This document shows, one piece after another, positions 37,001-50,906 of a stretch of DNA of 64,000 nt. Each line of letters begins with the position of its first letter. Positions within the stretch are counted from its first letter, which is position 1. A model generated the notes under the pieces. It was given only the letters and a program-made list of their open reading frames with translations. It was not told where the DNA came from and made no database searches. A program made the position numbers and the translations under genes. The stretch is from Paramecium tetraurelia. Taxonomy: Eukaryota. The stretch lies in contig CT868060.1 of assembly GCA_000165425.1 (NCBI GenBank), forward strand, positions 62,001-126,000, in the 5' to 3' direction.

Positions 37001-40000
37001 TCACAATTATTGTTTCATAAATTTAATTTCGTCTGTTATTTATTGACTTTAATATGTCGAAGACATTGGCAATTAGATAGCAGATTTTCCCTTTAAAATA
37101 TAAATTAATTAATACTTAGAATGCCCTTTTGGATTTCTTGTTCTTCAATAATATTACATTTTCACGACAATCTATATTTTCTACATCCTTATACAAAATA
37201 GACCAAAGTTTTTAATGCTAATCCAAATCAAATAAAATCAGACTAAGATCTGTCTAAATCAATCCATAAGTTTTGTTATCTCTTTCAATAGTTACAACTT
37301 TGAGAAGCCTATGATTTTCGTATTTTCCATTTTTCATTCCTTTAATAACTTCGTAGCATTCTGCTTCAATCCAATTGTATTCCTTATAATACCCATCACT
37401 TTCATAGAAAGGTCTCATATATCTAATCCTATTGTTGTTAGGCTATCCATCAGATGATAACTAGTTTTTAACACCCTCTGATGTTTTTGAAATGACATCT
37501 AGAACTCCTGTGACAGGCTTAATGATTAGCCCTGAAGTGCCTTGCCACAACCCCTTCAAAAGTCCAGAAGCTCCATTCTATTAAGCACCCTGAATGGGTT
37601 TACTAAAGAATCCAGATATGCCCCCTGCTACTCCCTTGACCAAAGATACAGATCCTTCTTATATTCCAGAACCAACATTCCTAGCTTATTGTTGATTCTG
37701 GATTTATCTCTGCTTTTGATAGGATTCATCCATCGTCACTTTAGATAAGCCACTAGAAATACTGCCTACAACATTCTTAACACTATTAAATACTCCAGAG
37801 ACAGTGTGACTGACTAAGGAAGTGGCTCCTTTTAAAACCCCCATGCCCCCTTCAAGTGGGCCCTTAGTGAATCCTTCAATGGGTCGTTCGATTAAATCTT
37901 ACATGCCTGATACAAAGTTTTTCAATAATTTAGTAGGATTTCCTATGACAGCCAGACTACCCAAAATAGCAGGCAATTGATATTGGATATTAGAGAGGTA
38001 TCTTTAGGTTAATTTGATACTTAATCCATGTATGCTGTCAAAAACGTCATCCATTTGAATACCCTTCAATGCAATTTCGGCTTCATCAACAGAGGCTAAT
38101 TAAAATCCAACTCCAGATAGGAGTGATGTAAACATAGAGTTATTAGCATCTTGATCTTTCTTGTTACTCCATTGGACTGTAACTTAAATTATGATAGGGT
38201 ATATGGCTATTGATCCAAAGTAGGTTGGAATCAATTTATCAGGTAGAGGACATAACTTCCAATCGAATTTCTATTGTAATTTTTGTTGTTGATTGTCCCT
38301 TATCTATATCATTTTATTGATGGTTTTAAGTATAGTCTTAAGTATGGCATCATTGATTTTAATGGCTAAACGATTGGTTTCAAGAGAGAATTTCTCAATC
38401 AATTACAATTTCTTAGCCTATAAATTCATTTATATTAAGACGTTTAAAATTGGGAATTATTATTTGACTTTACCAGTAGGAAGAAGTGTTAACAACACGG
38501 GAAATAGAGGGTGTAATTGAGATGTATTATCAATTTACAATGCAGTCAATTTACATTAAAAGATAGCCTTGTTTTATTTGTTTATCAATAAGATGGCTTC
38601 AGATTGATAAAGTACAATGTTAATAATTTCTTATGGATATGATAAATGGTTATCAATCAGAGACAGATTGACTTGAGTTATCACAATATCAAATTTCAAT
38701 TATTATGGTCCTTGAATTTCTTTTCCTTAATTCTCTTTATATTTCTTCATTTCCTCTTCACTTGAATCAATGAATTGAGCATGTCTAGTAAAACCATTCA
38801 TTTCAGTTATCAATTTAATGATAACCTTATCATTATCATTAGGAATTTTTGATCTAAGAGCAAAGAAAATGGGATCTGTTATTTTATCAATTCTAAATTG
38901 ATATTCCACGACTTCGTATTGATTTATCTTAGGATAAATAATAAGAGGGACTGTATTCTATCTAGTTGGTTCATCCCAAGCAAAGTAGCAATCCTAATTG
39001 CAATCTAGCTCTGCTGGCAAATTTAAGACAGTGACTGTAATCATATTGCTCTGATTAGTGATTCTATAGGGTGTTTGATCATGCTTAGTTTCACTGATGA
39101 CTACAAACAATACCCCATTGCTTTCATTGATGTCAATTTAAGCAAATTTTCTAATTTCATTGTAGATGTTGCTTCTTAATTGCAAATAAAAGACTCCAAT
39201 CTGATTACACTCAATTTAGCCACTCCAATTCCAGTTATACTCTTCCATAAATGTGAATTGAAATTGATAAATGCCTTCAGATGATTGAGGTATTTTATCA
39301 GCAAAACAGATCTCCAAAGGCATCCTTTAATGTGGTTTAATCTCAAAAACCTTAAATTGCTTGATGCATACTGAATAATCAGAATTATTGACTAAAATGA
39401 TCCTATTCTTTATGCTCACAATCTTCTAACATGTCTCTTGAATTAATTTGATCTCAGATGTAACTGATAATGGTGCGATATAGAAGACTTCCTTTCTCTT
39501 AAATATGATATCGCTAGCTGTAGTCCCTATTGAATTGATCTAGGCAGGAGTACGCGAGTACAAAAAGGGTGAGCCTCTATCTGAAAATACTATGTCATTA
39601 GATTTATTGGAATTATTCAATATCAATGGCCTTATTAGTGATCCTTACATCTATCCACCAATAAATGAGTATTATTCACCCTTACCTTGACATACAATAA
39701 AATCGTATTAAGTTTCATTCTTAATATATTCCTGAGCAAACAGTACTGCACTGCATAACCCACTTTGCTTAAACAAAGTATAATTGTATTCAAGAATCAA
39801 TTCACTTTTGCCTCCTTTGGTCATTTACCCTTCTTCGCCTACCAAGGAGATCACAGTTTCTTGAGACTTGAAATTTCTGCTGTTCAATATTGGGATAGGT
39901 TGAGACTGCTTATAGGAATCGATGTCTATTAATATAGAATGAGATTCTTTAGTGCTTTTGATTTGATGTTCATCCAAATATTGAAGTGGTTGTAATTTAG

Positions 40001-43000
40001 CAACTTCAATCTATTTGTATTCAGACAACCTACTTATGGTCACAGGGAATGGCAGTAAATTTTACAATCTGAAATTTGGTTGGATATAAATTATGCATCG
40101 ACCATAGAACCCTGGATCTTTGCGCACGTTCAAATTTATAAAGAAATTTTCATTCAATTATAGTTTAAGGGCTTCCTTACTCTCGTAACATTTGTTTAAG
40201 TATTTCATATTGTATGATTAAGACTTCTCTTAATTTTTGAGGGCCTTTCTGATATAAAATTCACTCTATAACAAATATTATGGAAGCACAAATTAATTGG
40301 CTTAACTAGTAATTTGTTATGCATTTAAGTTCTGCATAAATGGTTGCAACTTAGTGATGTGGAGGTTTCCTTTGGTATCTTTGAATACTATTTCTAAATG
40401 GGTTTAAGTATTGTTTTCAAAGATAAATTCAGAACTCAAATAAATAACTCTCTAATTTTTTAATTGATCGACGAAATTCTTAATGAGCACCGGACTGTTT
40501 TCTCCAATTTTCTTTATTTTTTGTTAGAGCTTATTGATATTCCAATTGGTAATTTCAAATGGAATTTTATCACCTTAGATCTGCAGATTCACTGAGTGGT
40601 TAGTACTAGAATTATTAATATCAAAATCCTTGTATTCATTCTATTGGACAATTATCATTTTATTGTCTTGGGTTTCACAAAGAACTTCAGATCCTAATTG
40701 ATTATAGATTGCATATTTGGCATATGAGTTATGCTGAAATCTTATTTGGTTTATGTTCTTGGCTTACAACCTTTAATTTAAGATAGTCAATGCTGGATAA
40801 ACGGTCGAGATCATTTGAGTCGATATATTGATATTAACTCCATCTTTTATAAGAACATCTAATTGATTTACGCTAACTTGATCAAAACCAGCTAGATCCT
40901 TTATATATATAATTGAGATGTCACATGTTTCAATAATGGGTTCCCAAATCCCAATGTTTTAATTGTAATAAAGCAATTGAATTGGTAAATTGATTATGAA
41001 TTTAAAATTCCTAGATGTTTGATCTAATTTGGTTTCAGTTTAGAACAATGTAAATTTCGTGATATACTAATAATGATTCTCAATATCATTCAAAATCATC
41101 ACTTCAATGCCATCAATTACTAAATCAATATTTTATAATTTATTTTATTTTTGTTAATTACTCATTTCCTACTATTGTTGCCTTATATCATTGTTGGTTA
41201 ATTCATTAATAATTTGCAATTAGTTATTAATCTGATTTTAAATAAATAACACATCCGTGAAAGCAATCCTGAATTCAAATGGACTCAATGACAATCTTAT
41301 ACTCTGTTTTTCGACAAGTGCATCCTAGTCTTCGGATAGCACTAATTATTAACTCTGATTTAAGAGCATAGTAAATGGCCATATGATTTACCTTTTATTC
41401 TCAATTTGATTGAATTATTAACTATACAATTATTACTTTGATGCCACATATGCTTGCACCAGTTCGACCGACACTGATGATTTGATTTTGTAGTTCATAT
41501 CGTTTTAATCATTATAATTCAAACTTTTTTCTTTAATTAAACAAAGCAATTCATCTGAACTCACAGTGTTTAGTGTATTCAAAATAATGTTGAATTTACC
41601 AGTAAACGTTAGAATTGAATCCTCATTTGATGGAATCCCAATTATTACATCCCCTAAGGTAATAAAGATTTGAGAATCTGTAGGTTGAACCTCTTCTTCC
41701 TTTTATTAGCTTCTCAAATATTCATCATATTTAAACTAATGTTCCTATAATTGTGTATTTACAAATTGACTCAATTCCTCTCTCTCAAATATTGTCAGAA
41801 CCTATAAGATTATCTTTGTCTAAATTGTAAGTAAAAATGATTCAAATTTTAAATATAATTTATTATGGGTCTGGTTTTAAGTGGGGCTGATATATATTTC
41901 AATTTTACCTGACTCCTTATCTGAATTAGATGCATTCTCTATCAATTATCTTAAATTATGTAAATCATCATATTTCTTCTCCACTTGTATTCCTATTAGT
42001 GGTTTACTGACATAATATCCATCAATCTACTCATATACACATGAATTGAATGAGGAGATGTTGATAACTATTTCTTTCTTACCATCCCTCTTCATTTTAA
42101 ATTCTATATTGCTATCCACTATTGACAATCGAATTAATGGTCTATGCAAACATAAAAATATTGAAACATTAATAATTTTCAGTTTCAATTTAATAAAGTA
42201 ATCCTAATTTCTTGTTCTCTTCTCAACATCCTACTTTAATATAATTTTCGATTATTCTTAGTTTATTTAATTTGATTTTTGAGTATTAAGCAATACATAT
42301 TGATTAAATGAATCATTTAGAGTGAAATTATACACTATTAATCTATTGATCAATTTAACAGTATTTCTATCTACGTTTAAAATAAATTAGCTCAATTCAC
42401 AATTAACATAAAATGCTTCGTCAACATAGTTACTGATCTATTTATAATATTTTACTAAATCAGGTACAGTGACAGTCAATAACAAATTAAAATCACTTGC
42501 AATGATAGACTTCTCGCTGTCACACTCTCCTGTGATGTTTAGTTGAGTGATTTATATTGTATAAATGTCCTTATAAAATGAGTTTATCTATTACTTTATG
42601 TTAGTAACACTGATCATTCCTAAATTGATAATCATGAATTCATTTGAAAATGTGTTTCTAACGATAATCTAAGGATTGTCAATCTTTACTCTTAACTTTA
42701 TTCTAGGGGGATCTTAAGTAATCTTAATTGAATCCTCTTTAGAGGGTTCAACAATAATTATACTAGGTTACACAATCTCTTTATAGATATTTTCAATTGA
42801 ATAGCCTTAAACTTTAAACGAATAGGGATTGATGAAAGGTTCTCTCAAGTTTTGAATATAATCAATAATTCTGAGAATGGGCTATTGTTGATAATCAGTC
42901 ACAATTTAACTTATATTTGCATCAATGTTAATGATATCTCGATTTAATTAGGCTTTCTTAGATAATGGTTCTATTAAGATAATTTTAACAAATAATAGAG

Positions 43001-46000
43001 ATTGACCCTTTTATTTGATTCCCAAAATTTAGTAAGGTTTAATCAAATGGTAATCTTCCTCTTATGTCAATGTATAAGGATGATTGGTCAAATCATTGAT
43101 TTATAGATCGCCTAAAATGGCTTACATTTATAATTCATCCTGATACTTGAGTATTTCTATAGCAGAATCTTAGAATTGAATATCTAAAAATGGCAATTTG
43201 GTAATTTCGTGAATAATAGATAAACTGATTTGATTGATCTACACATTCGCCTTTAATAATAGAAATTGCTTTTCAGCTTCCAAAAACTCTTTTTCCATTT
43301 TATTAAATGATTTCTCCTATTAATTATCCTTTTTTTTATGACCAATGAATTATAACAAATAGGCAATTGTCTCACTTTTGAAGTTGATGTGCATCTTACC
43401 AAATTTCAAATCTATTTGTTTATCCACATCCTTATAATTTTTAGAATTCCTCTTAGTTTAATGAAATTATATTTCAATAAGTTCTCCATTCTCTTTTTCT
43501 GATATGATAAGGTTACTTAATTACTGCTTACAGTATTATCTTAGACTATCTTATAGTTGCAATCCTGAAAGAGAAAGTTGAGCCTCCAAGAATTCAGAGT
43601 GCACCTTCATTCTAAGAGATAAATCGTTAGTTTTCAGAACTAGAAATTACTTAGATTTTGAATCTTATAAATTAATTTAGACAACGGATATTGTAAAATT
43701 AATGAACTTCTTAAACATAATAGGTTCTATCAATTATTTATCTTATTCATTTTCTAATTATTTAAGCAATTATCTCTCTAGATCATTCTATGATGAGATC
43801 TTTTGAATCAGATCTTGGATCTGAGTTTAATTTTGGATACCAATTTCAAATGAATTATTCTCATTTACAATTTTGAGAACATTCATTTTAAATTCATCAA
43901 TTCCCTTTTCGACGATTGTTGAATTTCTTACGTATTTGATGTAGATAGGTTATTAGGATTTTGGATTTGTATAAAAATATAAATTAGAACCATCCATCAC
44001 ACAAGTGTATTTAACCCATTAATTCAATGGACCTTCCTTAATGTAAAGTGGTCCAATGTTTGTAGCATTTTCAATTAGTATTTTGTTTTCGATTTCTGCT
44101 AACTTATTTTACTTTTAGTATTCTTAAACACTTATTGACGGAGTTAAACAATCTTCAATTTTTTTTAGTTTTTGATATATCTATGGATTCAAATTGGTGA
44201 TAATTTCTTGGATGTTACCATTCATGATCAGATTTTTGTTTTTATGATTTGGTAACTATAAATCAAGCAGAATAGTAAAATTGTCAATTACACTATATTG
44301 AGTTTAAGATAGATATTTCAATCCTATGTTTGAAATTTACACTTTGAACAACTCTTAACCGTTCATGATGCTACTATTAATGTTTATTAAACCTGGACAA
44401 AATAGCCAAGATTCTTATGAGTTGTTTAAGGGGATTTCAAAATAGAACTGCTCCATTGTTATATTAACCCATCTATTCTTTTCAACAATTACTTAATTAG
44501 CCAAGGCTGCTTGTGCATTCTGTTTAAGTTCTTGAATTCTATCATTGGCCATATTTTTAATCTAATTTGACTTCAAGTCTACATTACTGAAATCACTAAG
44601 CACTGTAATTAGGTCTGGATGAAATCTTAGTTTGGAGGATCTTGTTTCTAATTAAATTTATGTGGTGGTAGACTCAATCAAGTTGAAATTCAATAGGATT
44701 ATAGGTTTTGAGTTATCATTGCTTGTATTGGTTAGAAATTGTTAATCATTGAATAGAACAATTATATCTATTAAAGATAGATCCACTTTTAGATCCCTAT
44801 CTGATTTTAAATTGCATTTTAGATCTTAGAATATAATTTTAATTTGATCCACTTTTTGTTATCTAGGATTGCTTAAAATTATAGTTCCTTGTCTCATTTT
44901 GCCATTCACTACTATTTAGGTAACCTTCCCTTAATTGGCTTAAGAAGATTCATCCTATGAGAAATTTTATTATAAAAATTTCTAGATTTCCTCTGATTCT
45001 TCAGCTAAGAGAGTTGGAGTTTCATTTTATTATTGCTATTTACCTTTTCCAAACCAATTTTATAAGAATCCTTAAGGTTATTTCTTTTTCAACGCCTTTT
45101 ATTTCATGTCCTCATATTGTTACTCTTTGATAACTTCTAACACTATTGGTTTTACCTCTTCTATCTATGTTTTCTCTAAAATGGCACAAAGCTCTTATTT
45201 TTAATCTTTATTGAGTGCATCTTTATATTTTTTATCCAATTGTACTGATTGCAAAATTTGCTTAATTCGTCCTTGATCCTTTTCATCCAATGGTTAGATC
45301 ATCAACTGTTATTTCTAAAATTTGATCTTAGCTCTATTGTAAGAATTCAAATAGTGCGTAAGATTGATAATTTGTTGGACTTAAGGCTTCGATAATTGGA
45401 TGTCAAATGATTGCAAATCTAGATCAAATTTGAAGTCTGGAAGATTCTCACTCTATTTCGGTGGTTGTACAACCTTACTCTATAAGGAGATTCTAAATAG
45501 ATAATCATGCTTTGGTATTTCCTTTTCGAACAGAGATTCAGAAAACTGAATACCATCCTAACTCTGCCAATATAAACCAATATTACTAATCATCAAACTC
45601 TTAATCAACTGCTAATTTTTATTTGAAGTTCTATCAATAAATTGTTCCACCCCTTGTTCATTTACTGTAAGTAAAGTGAAATTCTACAGTACAAACCCAT
45701 AGCTTATCTAGGCATCTTCCACTCTGATGTGAATATTTTAGATGCTAATCTACAGATTTTCAATCACTCTGATTATGATTCTTTACATCATACCATCTTA
45801 TTGTTCTTTATTCGATATTCTCTCTAGGAGTTTCTGTTTAAAGGAATCAACTTCTATTAATTTGTCTGCCCCTGTAACACACCCAAATTTCCAATCGTGT
45901 GCTTCTTGAGGGTTTAGTATTAAATACAAAGTATCGAGGTTTGCTTTGATTGGAGCACTCGCTAGATTCTTCCAAGGAATATTCAAATTAAGGGTTCCCA

Positions 46001-46181
46001 ACTTGCTATACTTAACGAGGAAGGGGAGGTCTAATTTAATAAAAGCGTCTGGTTTCAATCTAAGATTCTCAATTTTGGCTTCTCCACTCCAAATCCCAAC
46101 CTTAAGGGATTGTTGATCCAAACCATCAATGTATTCTCCCAAAACCTATTAAAGGATATTTTCAATTAATTTCTCAAACAT
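37001..46181 (-). CDS. VPS13: VPS13-family lipid-transfer protein with internal PH domain
   Basis: Chorein_N MFEKLIENILQQVLGEYIDGLDQQSLKVGIWSGEAKIENLRLKP...IPWKNL, IGIWEPIIE, CYFAWDEP, and C-terminal LGSLAVIGNPTKLL...GVLKGATSLVSHTVSG...GLIIKPVTGVLDVISKTSEG. Confidence 0.93.
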
Positions 46182-46200
46182 AAAATTAATATTTTATAAA

Positions 46201-47451
46201 TCAAATATCTTCCCTGATTCTCTCGAATACAGGGAATCTTGGTTTGCCATCATCAGTCAATCCATAATAAGTATACGAAACTCTAGAACCAATCTTGGGA
46301 GGGTCTTTCCTTAATTTGCTATTGAATCCAACTCCAATCTAAAAGGTGATTCCAGCATCTGTCTACACTTTCAATGCTCCCAATTAATCCTTAAACTTAC
46401 CCATACCACTGATGTGATCAATTACAGTAGCCTCTGAATCCATCGTGGTTTTAACCTTTAATAGCGTATTTGATCGTTTTCCTTCATATATGGATGATGG
46501 ATCTCTCAACATCAATCCTTCTCCTCCTGCCTATTGAGCAAGTGCCAATTCTTCTTTTAAATGTTCGTAACCTCTGCATACAACATGTGGAACATAAACC
46601 AAATGAGGATTCTTTATTTTCTCAATAGCCTTCTTCAATTTGGAGTATCGATTAACAAATGGCTCATCCAACAAAGGGGCATCAAAAACCATAAATTTGA
46701 TATCCTTCCAAGCCTTGTAATCAGATTATTTCTTTTTGGCTATGCTAACCAATTTCTAAAATTGTCCCCTGTCAAGCCATAATTCTCCATCCAAATAAGT
46801 AGTTGGCCATCCTTCAACAAATGAAGTAGGGAAGTTTAATGAGTTACCAGTCCGAGTAAACATTTCACATCCACTCCAAATTATACGCATCCCATCCAAT
46901 TTCTCAGACAATAAATAATTTGTTGGATTAATACTTTCATTCCATTGTCCAGCCAATAAACAAGCAATAGGTTTTGTGTCTCCAGGAGGACCTAGATCCA
47001 AGGTCTCACCAAAATGAGTTCTGGCTCTGTATTTTGGCCATTCTCCCACTAGTTTCCCCTAAGTAGCATCATCTGTCAGTGCTACAACTGGTTTCCTTTA
47101 TTCTGGCAAGTTCACCTTCTTCAAAATCTTCTATTGCATCAAATCCTTTTTTGAAGTTGCAACCATTTTCTCCTAGAATTGTTATTCATTTGCCTTCAAT
47201 ATATCATTGCTATTGATTTCTCTAAATCCCTTGTGCAACTTTTACTAGATTTAATCACTCATCACTTCAATACCTCTTTCCATGGTTGGGAACTTGGTTA
47301 ATGAGATTTCTATGGTCTCTTGTTATTCTAAGTTGCCGTTCAAAAATCCATTCCGAATTTGAATTGTTATTGGTTTTAATGATATAAATTAACAATGCCA
47401 AAACTGGTCATTCTTTATTAAGTACATCTCAGGACTTTGCTACTTTTTCAT
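46201..47451 (-). CDS. Minimal ATP-dependent DNA ligase with N-terminal WGR-like domain
   Basis: Intronless 416 aa. Motif I SEKLDGMR, III YLDGELW, IIIa KFMVFD, IV GEGLMLR, V LLKVK, and an OB fold ending GKPRFPVFERIR. The N-terminal QFWHCQ...IRNGFL...QKLHKGFREI resembles WGR. Confidence 0.92.
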
Positions 47452-47580
47452 TATTCTTATAAATTTCAATTATCTTTTAAGAATTTCTTATACATTTAAA
47501 AATCATTTTAAAATTATTACTCCGCATCCCCCCAAATTAATATAATCCATTTATTTATCAGATAATAACATAAAATATTA

Positions 47581-49229
47581 TCAATCATCCCTCTCCTCAT
47601 AAACTACTGGAGTCATTGAAGATCCTTTATTCTCTATTTTCTCAAATTTCATTTATTTTTTAGAATCCTGAGAAGGACTCAAATTATGTCCCTCCATTTC
47701 TATTGAGTCATTCTCTACCATCTCATTGTATTTGACAAAATTTTCATATTTCTTGAATTCTCTGCACACCTGACAGATTAACATCATAAACCCAAGACCT
47801 AAGATAAATGCAACCACATAAATTAATATAATGTAATAATAACCTCCACCTCTCGTGGGAGGGATGAAATTAATTGTGTAAGTTTTTTATATCTAGCAGT
47901 ACTCCCCCTTCGTAATATTGAGATTATCTGGACATTTCGTAGATTTTTGCTTATAAACAAATGTTGTCGAAAGCATCTCAGTATAATTTGCCTAGCATAC
48001 AATTAAACTTGGAGCCTAGTATTTGAATAAACATTTACTTCTCTGATGGAGGAGTAGAAGAATCTATGCTTTGTGAATCCAAAAATAATAGTCTTGTTTT
48101 TATAATCAATGTAATCTAATTGTTATAGATTGGGAATGATAATTGAATTTGATGATTGATTACTAAACTTTTGAGGTAAGGAATGTCTTTACACTTAATG
48201 ACCATTCTAGCCTAAGATGATCACGTATTTATTCAGAATGTCTACATCTTGCACATCCTTAAAAGTATTATATTTATTGATTTATCTGTATGTGTTGTTT
48301 GTTAAATCTAATTCTAACTCATTTACAGATGAAAATGTAGGTTGGTGTCTGATGATGATCAAAACAGACTATTTTACATCAAAGATATCTCCAGCCAATG
48401 GGATAGTTCCCAATTTAGTATTCTAAGAGATCAAGGTTGTAACAGAATTATATATGTATTGTTAGACCCCAACATTCTTATCCAAAACATAGATGGTATA
48501 GATTTGATCTTGGCTTTATGAGAACACTTTGATGTCCACCACATTTTACAATTGACTACTTGTTTAGCCATTCACGACCCAAGGAATTGATTAAAAATTC
48601 TTCTCTTTAAATTAATAGATCGAAATGCCCAATTTTCCCATTGCAATAAACATAATGTCATTGACTGTAGTTACACTTGAGATTTAATCCACGTTGAATT
48701 TATCATACAACTTTAATTTTTGTGAATCTTCAAAGACATCCGTGTTATTTGAGAGTTAGAAAGCTAAAGTTTCTTAATCTGCTATTATCACTAACACTCT
48801 ATTTTTACTAAAGTATTGTAAATGTACCTTTTTTGTGGTTGTAATGTTTATCTGAATTGAACTTCCTAAAGTGATTGTATTGGTAATCAGTAAATGTTAT
48901 AATTTACCTTATCGAGTTAAAACTATAGATCCATTTTTAATTGTGACAGCTGCTATGATTTCATCTATTTGTCCACTTAAATGACCTTCCTCATAATGTT
49001 GAACGAAGAAAGTTTCATTAAAAGATTCAACAATATCTATATTTAAGCCTGAACTTTGCACTAACTGTTGTTTAGTGAAATGGCAAGGTTAGAATGATTT
49101 GTCCATGTATTCCATCTCCTAGAAAAATATTTCGCCATATTGTTCAAATCTGTCAATTATTTTTTCAGAATCAGCAGAGATATTATATTCTTAACTCTGC
49201 ACAATTGTGAGTAATAAAAAAATTAGCAT
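47581..49229 (-). CDS. Type I membrane protein with beta-rich ectodomain (paralog A)
   Basis: Signal MLIFLLLTIVQS, DIMFIAMGKLGISIYQL, LDKNVGV...LGTIPLAGDIFDV, and TM YYYIILIYVVAFILGLGFMMLIC followed by REFKKY. Confidence 0.78.
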
Positions 49230-49259
49230 TAATTATTTATTACAATATAAATATTAAAT

Positions 49260-50852
49260 TCATTAAACTTAATGCAATCTAGATATATTACTGATTATAG
49301 AAAATTATGATGAGTGTGTTTTAGTTTAATTGTATTTAAAATTTTTAGTTGGGCTTTCAAATGTCTCCATAGAAATTTCATTTGATTTTTGGACATTCAT
49401 CTCGAGGTTATCAACAAATCTATGATATTTCCTGAATTCCTTGATTAGTACAACCACAATTGAAATAAAGGCTGATGCAACAAAGAATAGAATTAAATAA
49501 ACTAAATACTTTTACTCTGTTGTAATTATTGGCTTGATTGATTGTATTATATAATCTTGATTATAAGTGCAGATGCCAGTTTCCTTTTTTGTGCATTCAG
49601 AAATATGAGAATAGCTGAGTTCAACCTATTATTCATGTTCAAAGTAACAATATAAGTAACTCTATTTCAATTCCAACTTGGAAAAGTAAAAGTTATGTAG
49701 ACTAACACCAATCAGATACAATGATCCTTAAGTTTTGATGAAATTCAATTTAATCAAGGAAGGCATAATAAATCTTTGCTATTTTATTTGAAATGCTGAT
49801 GGAATTGAATGAAATATAACTGTGTTTCCATTTTGACCCAAAGTTATGGCAACATGATCTAAAATCTCAATATCAACGATAATGTAATTGATTACATGTT
49901 TATTTACTTATTTCCAACTAAAATCAGAATAATTCAATTTAATTTCTTAAATAATTGTTTATTAATCCTAAAAATGAGCAATCATCATTGTATTATTGTA
50001 AATATCAATAATATCCCCAGAAAATGGTATTGTGCCTAGTTCTTCATTCTTATAAATCAAAGTAGATTTGGGATTGTATATGAAGGATGCGACTCCCAAA
50101 TCATAATCAAGTAAATAAATAAAATATACATCGAATTGATGAAACACTTTGAGATCAGTTGCATTGTTGATTGAATACTAAAAATCAATTGAACCTAGCA
50201 CTTATCCATTCAATTAAAATATGTGTAAGCCTCCAACCCCCATTGCAATAAATAACATATTATTGACTACAGCAACACTCATGATTTTATTAGTATTGAA
50301 AGATTCGTAAATTCTAAAGGATTTCTCAAAAATATTCTCAGCCTTTGCGCCTAAAGTAAGACCTATAGTATCTGAATACATGATAATAATAAGTTAGTTC
50401 TAAATTATCTCCATAAAAACGGGATACTACAAAATGGTTAAATTAATATTAAGATTAATTTTATCTGCTACAACAAAGGTTTCATTAAAAAATTGAAGAT
50501 ATATAAGTTCTGCTGAATTTGTTAAAATGACTACATCATTCCCAACATTTACAAATGAAATGATACGAGGTATCAATCCTGAAAATTGGCCATCATTAAA
50601 AAATTAGGAAAACTACTCAGCTTTATATTAAGGTATTATAGGTAATGATTGCTATAACAAATTCTGATTGATTAGTTACTATGGCACAACCTAACAAGGG
50701 GAAGTAGTTAAATTCATATCTACAGATGATGTGAGATTTTGTTCTATTATGATTCCTGAGGTTTAATAATACTCAATTATTTGAGGGTTGCCGATAAGGA
50801 TTTCATATTACTATAAGGAGCGAACGAAAGAGAGAGTTAGAAATATGAGCAT
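49260..50852 (-). CDS. Type I membrane protein with beta-rich ectodomain (paralog B)
   Basis: Signal MLIFLTLSFVRS, NMLFIAMGVGGLHIFQL, LDYDLGV...LGTIPFSGDIIDI, and TM YLVYLILFFVASAFISIVVVLI followed by KEFRKY. Confidence 0.78.
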
Positions 50853-50906
50853 CTTAGTAGTTATTAATATATATAATATGAAAATGTCACTAAATTACAT
50901 ATAAAT

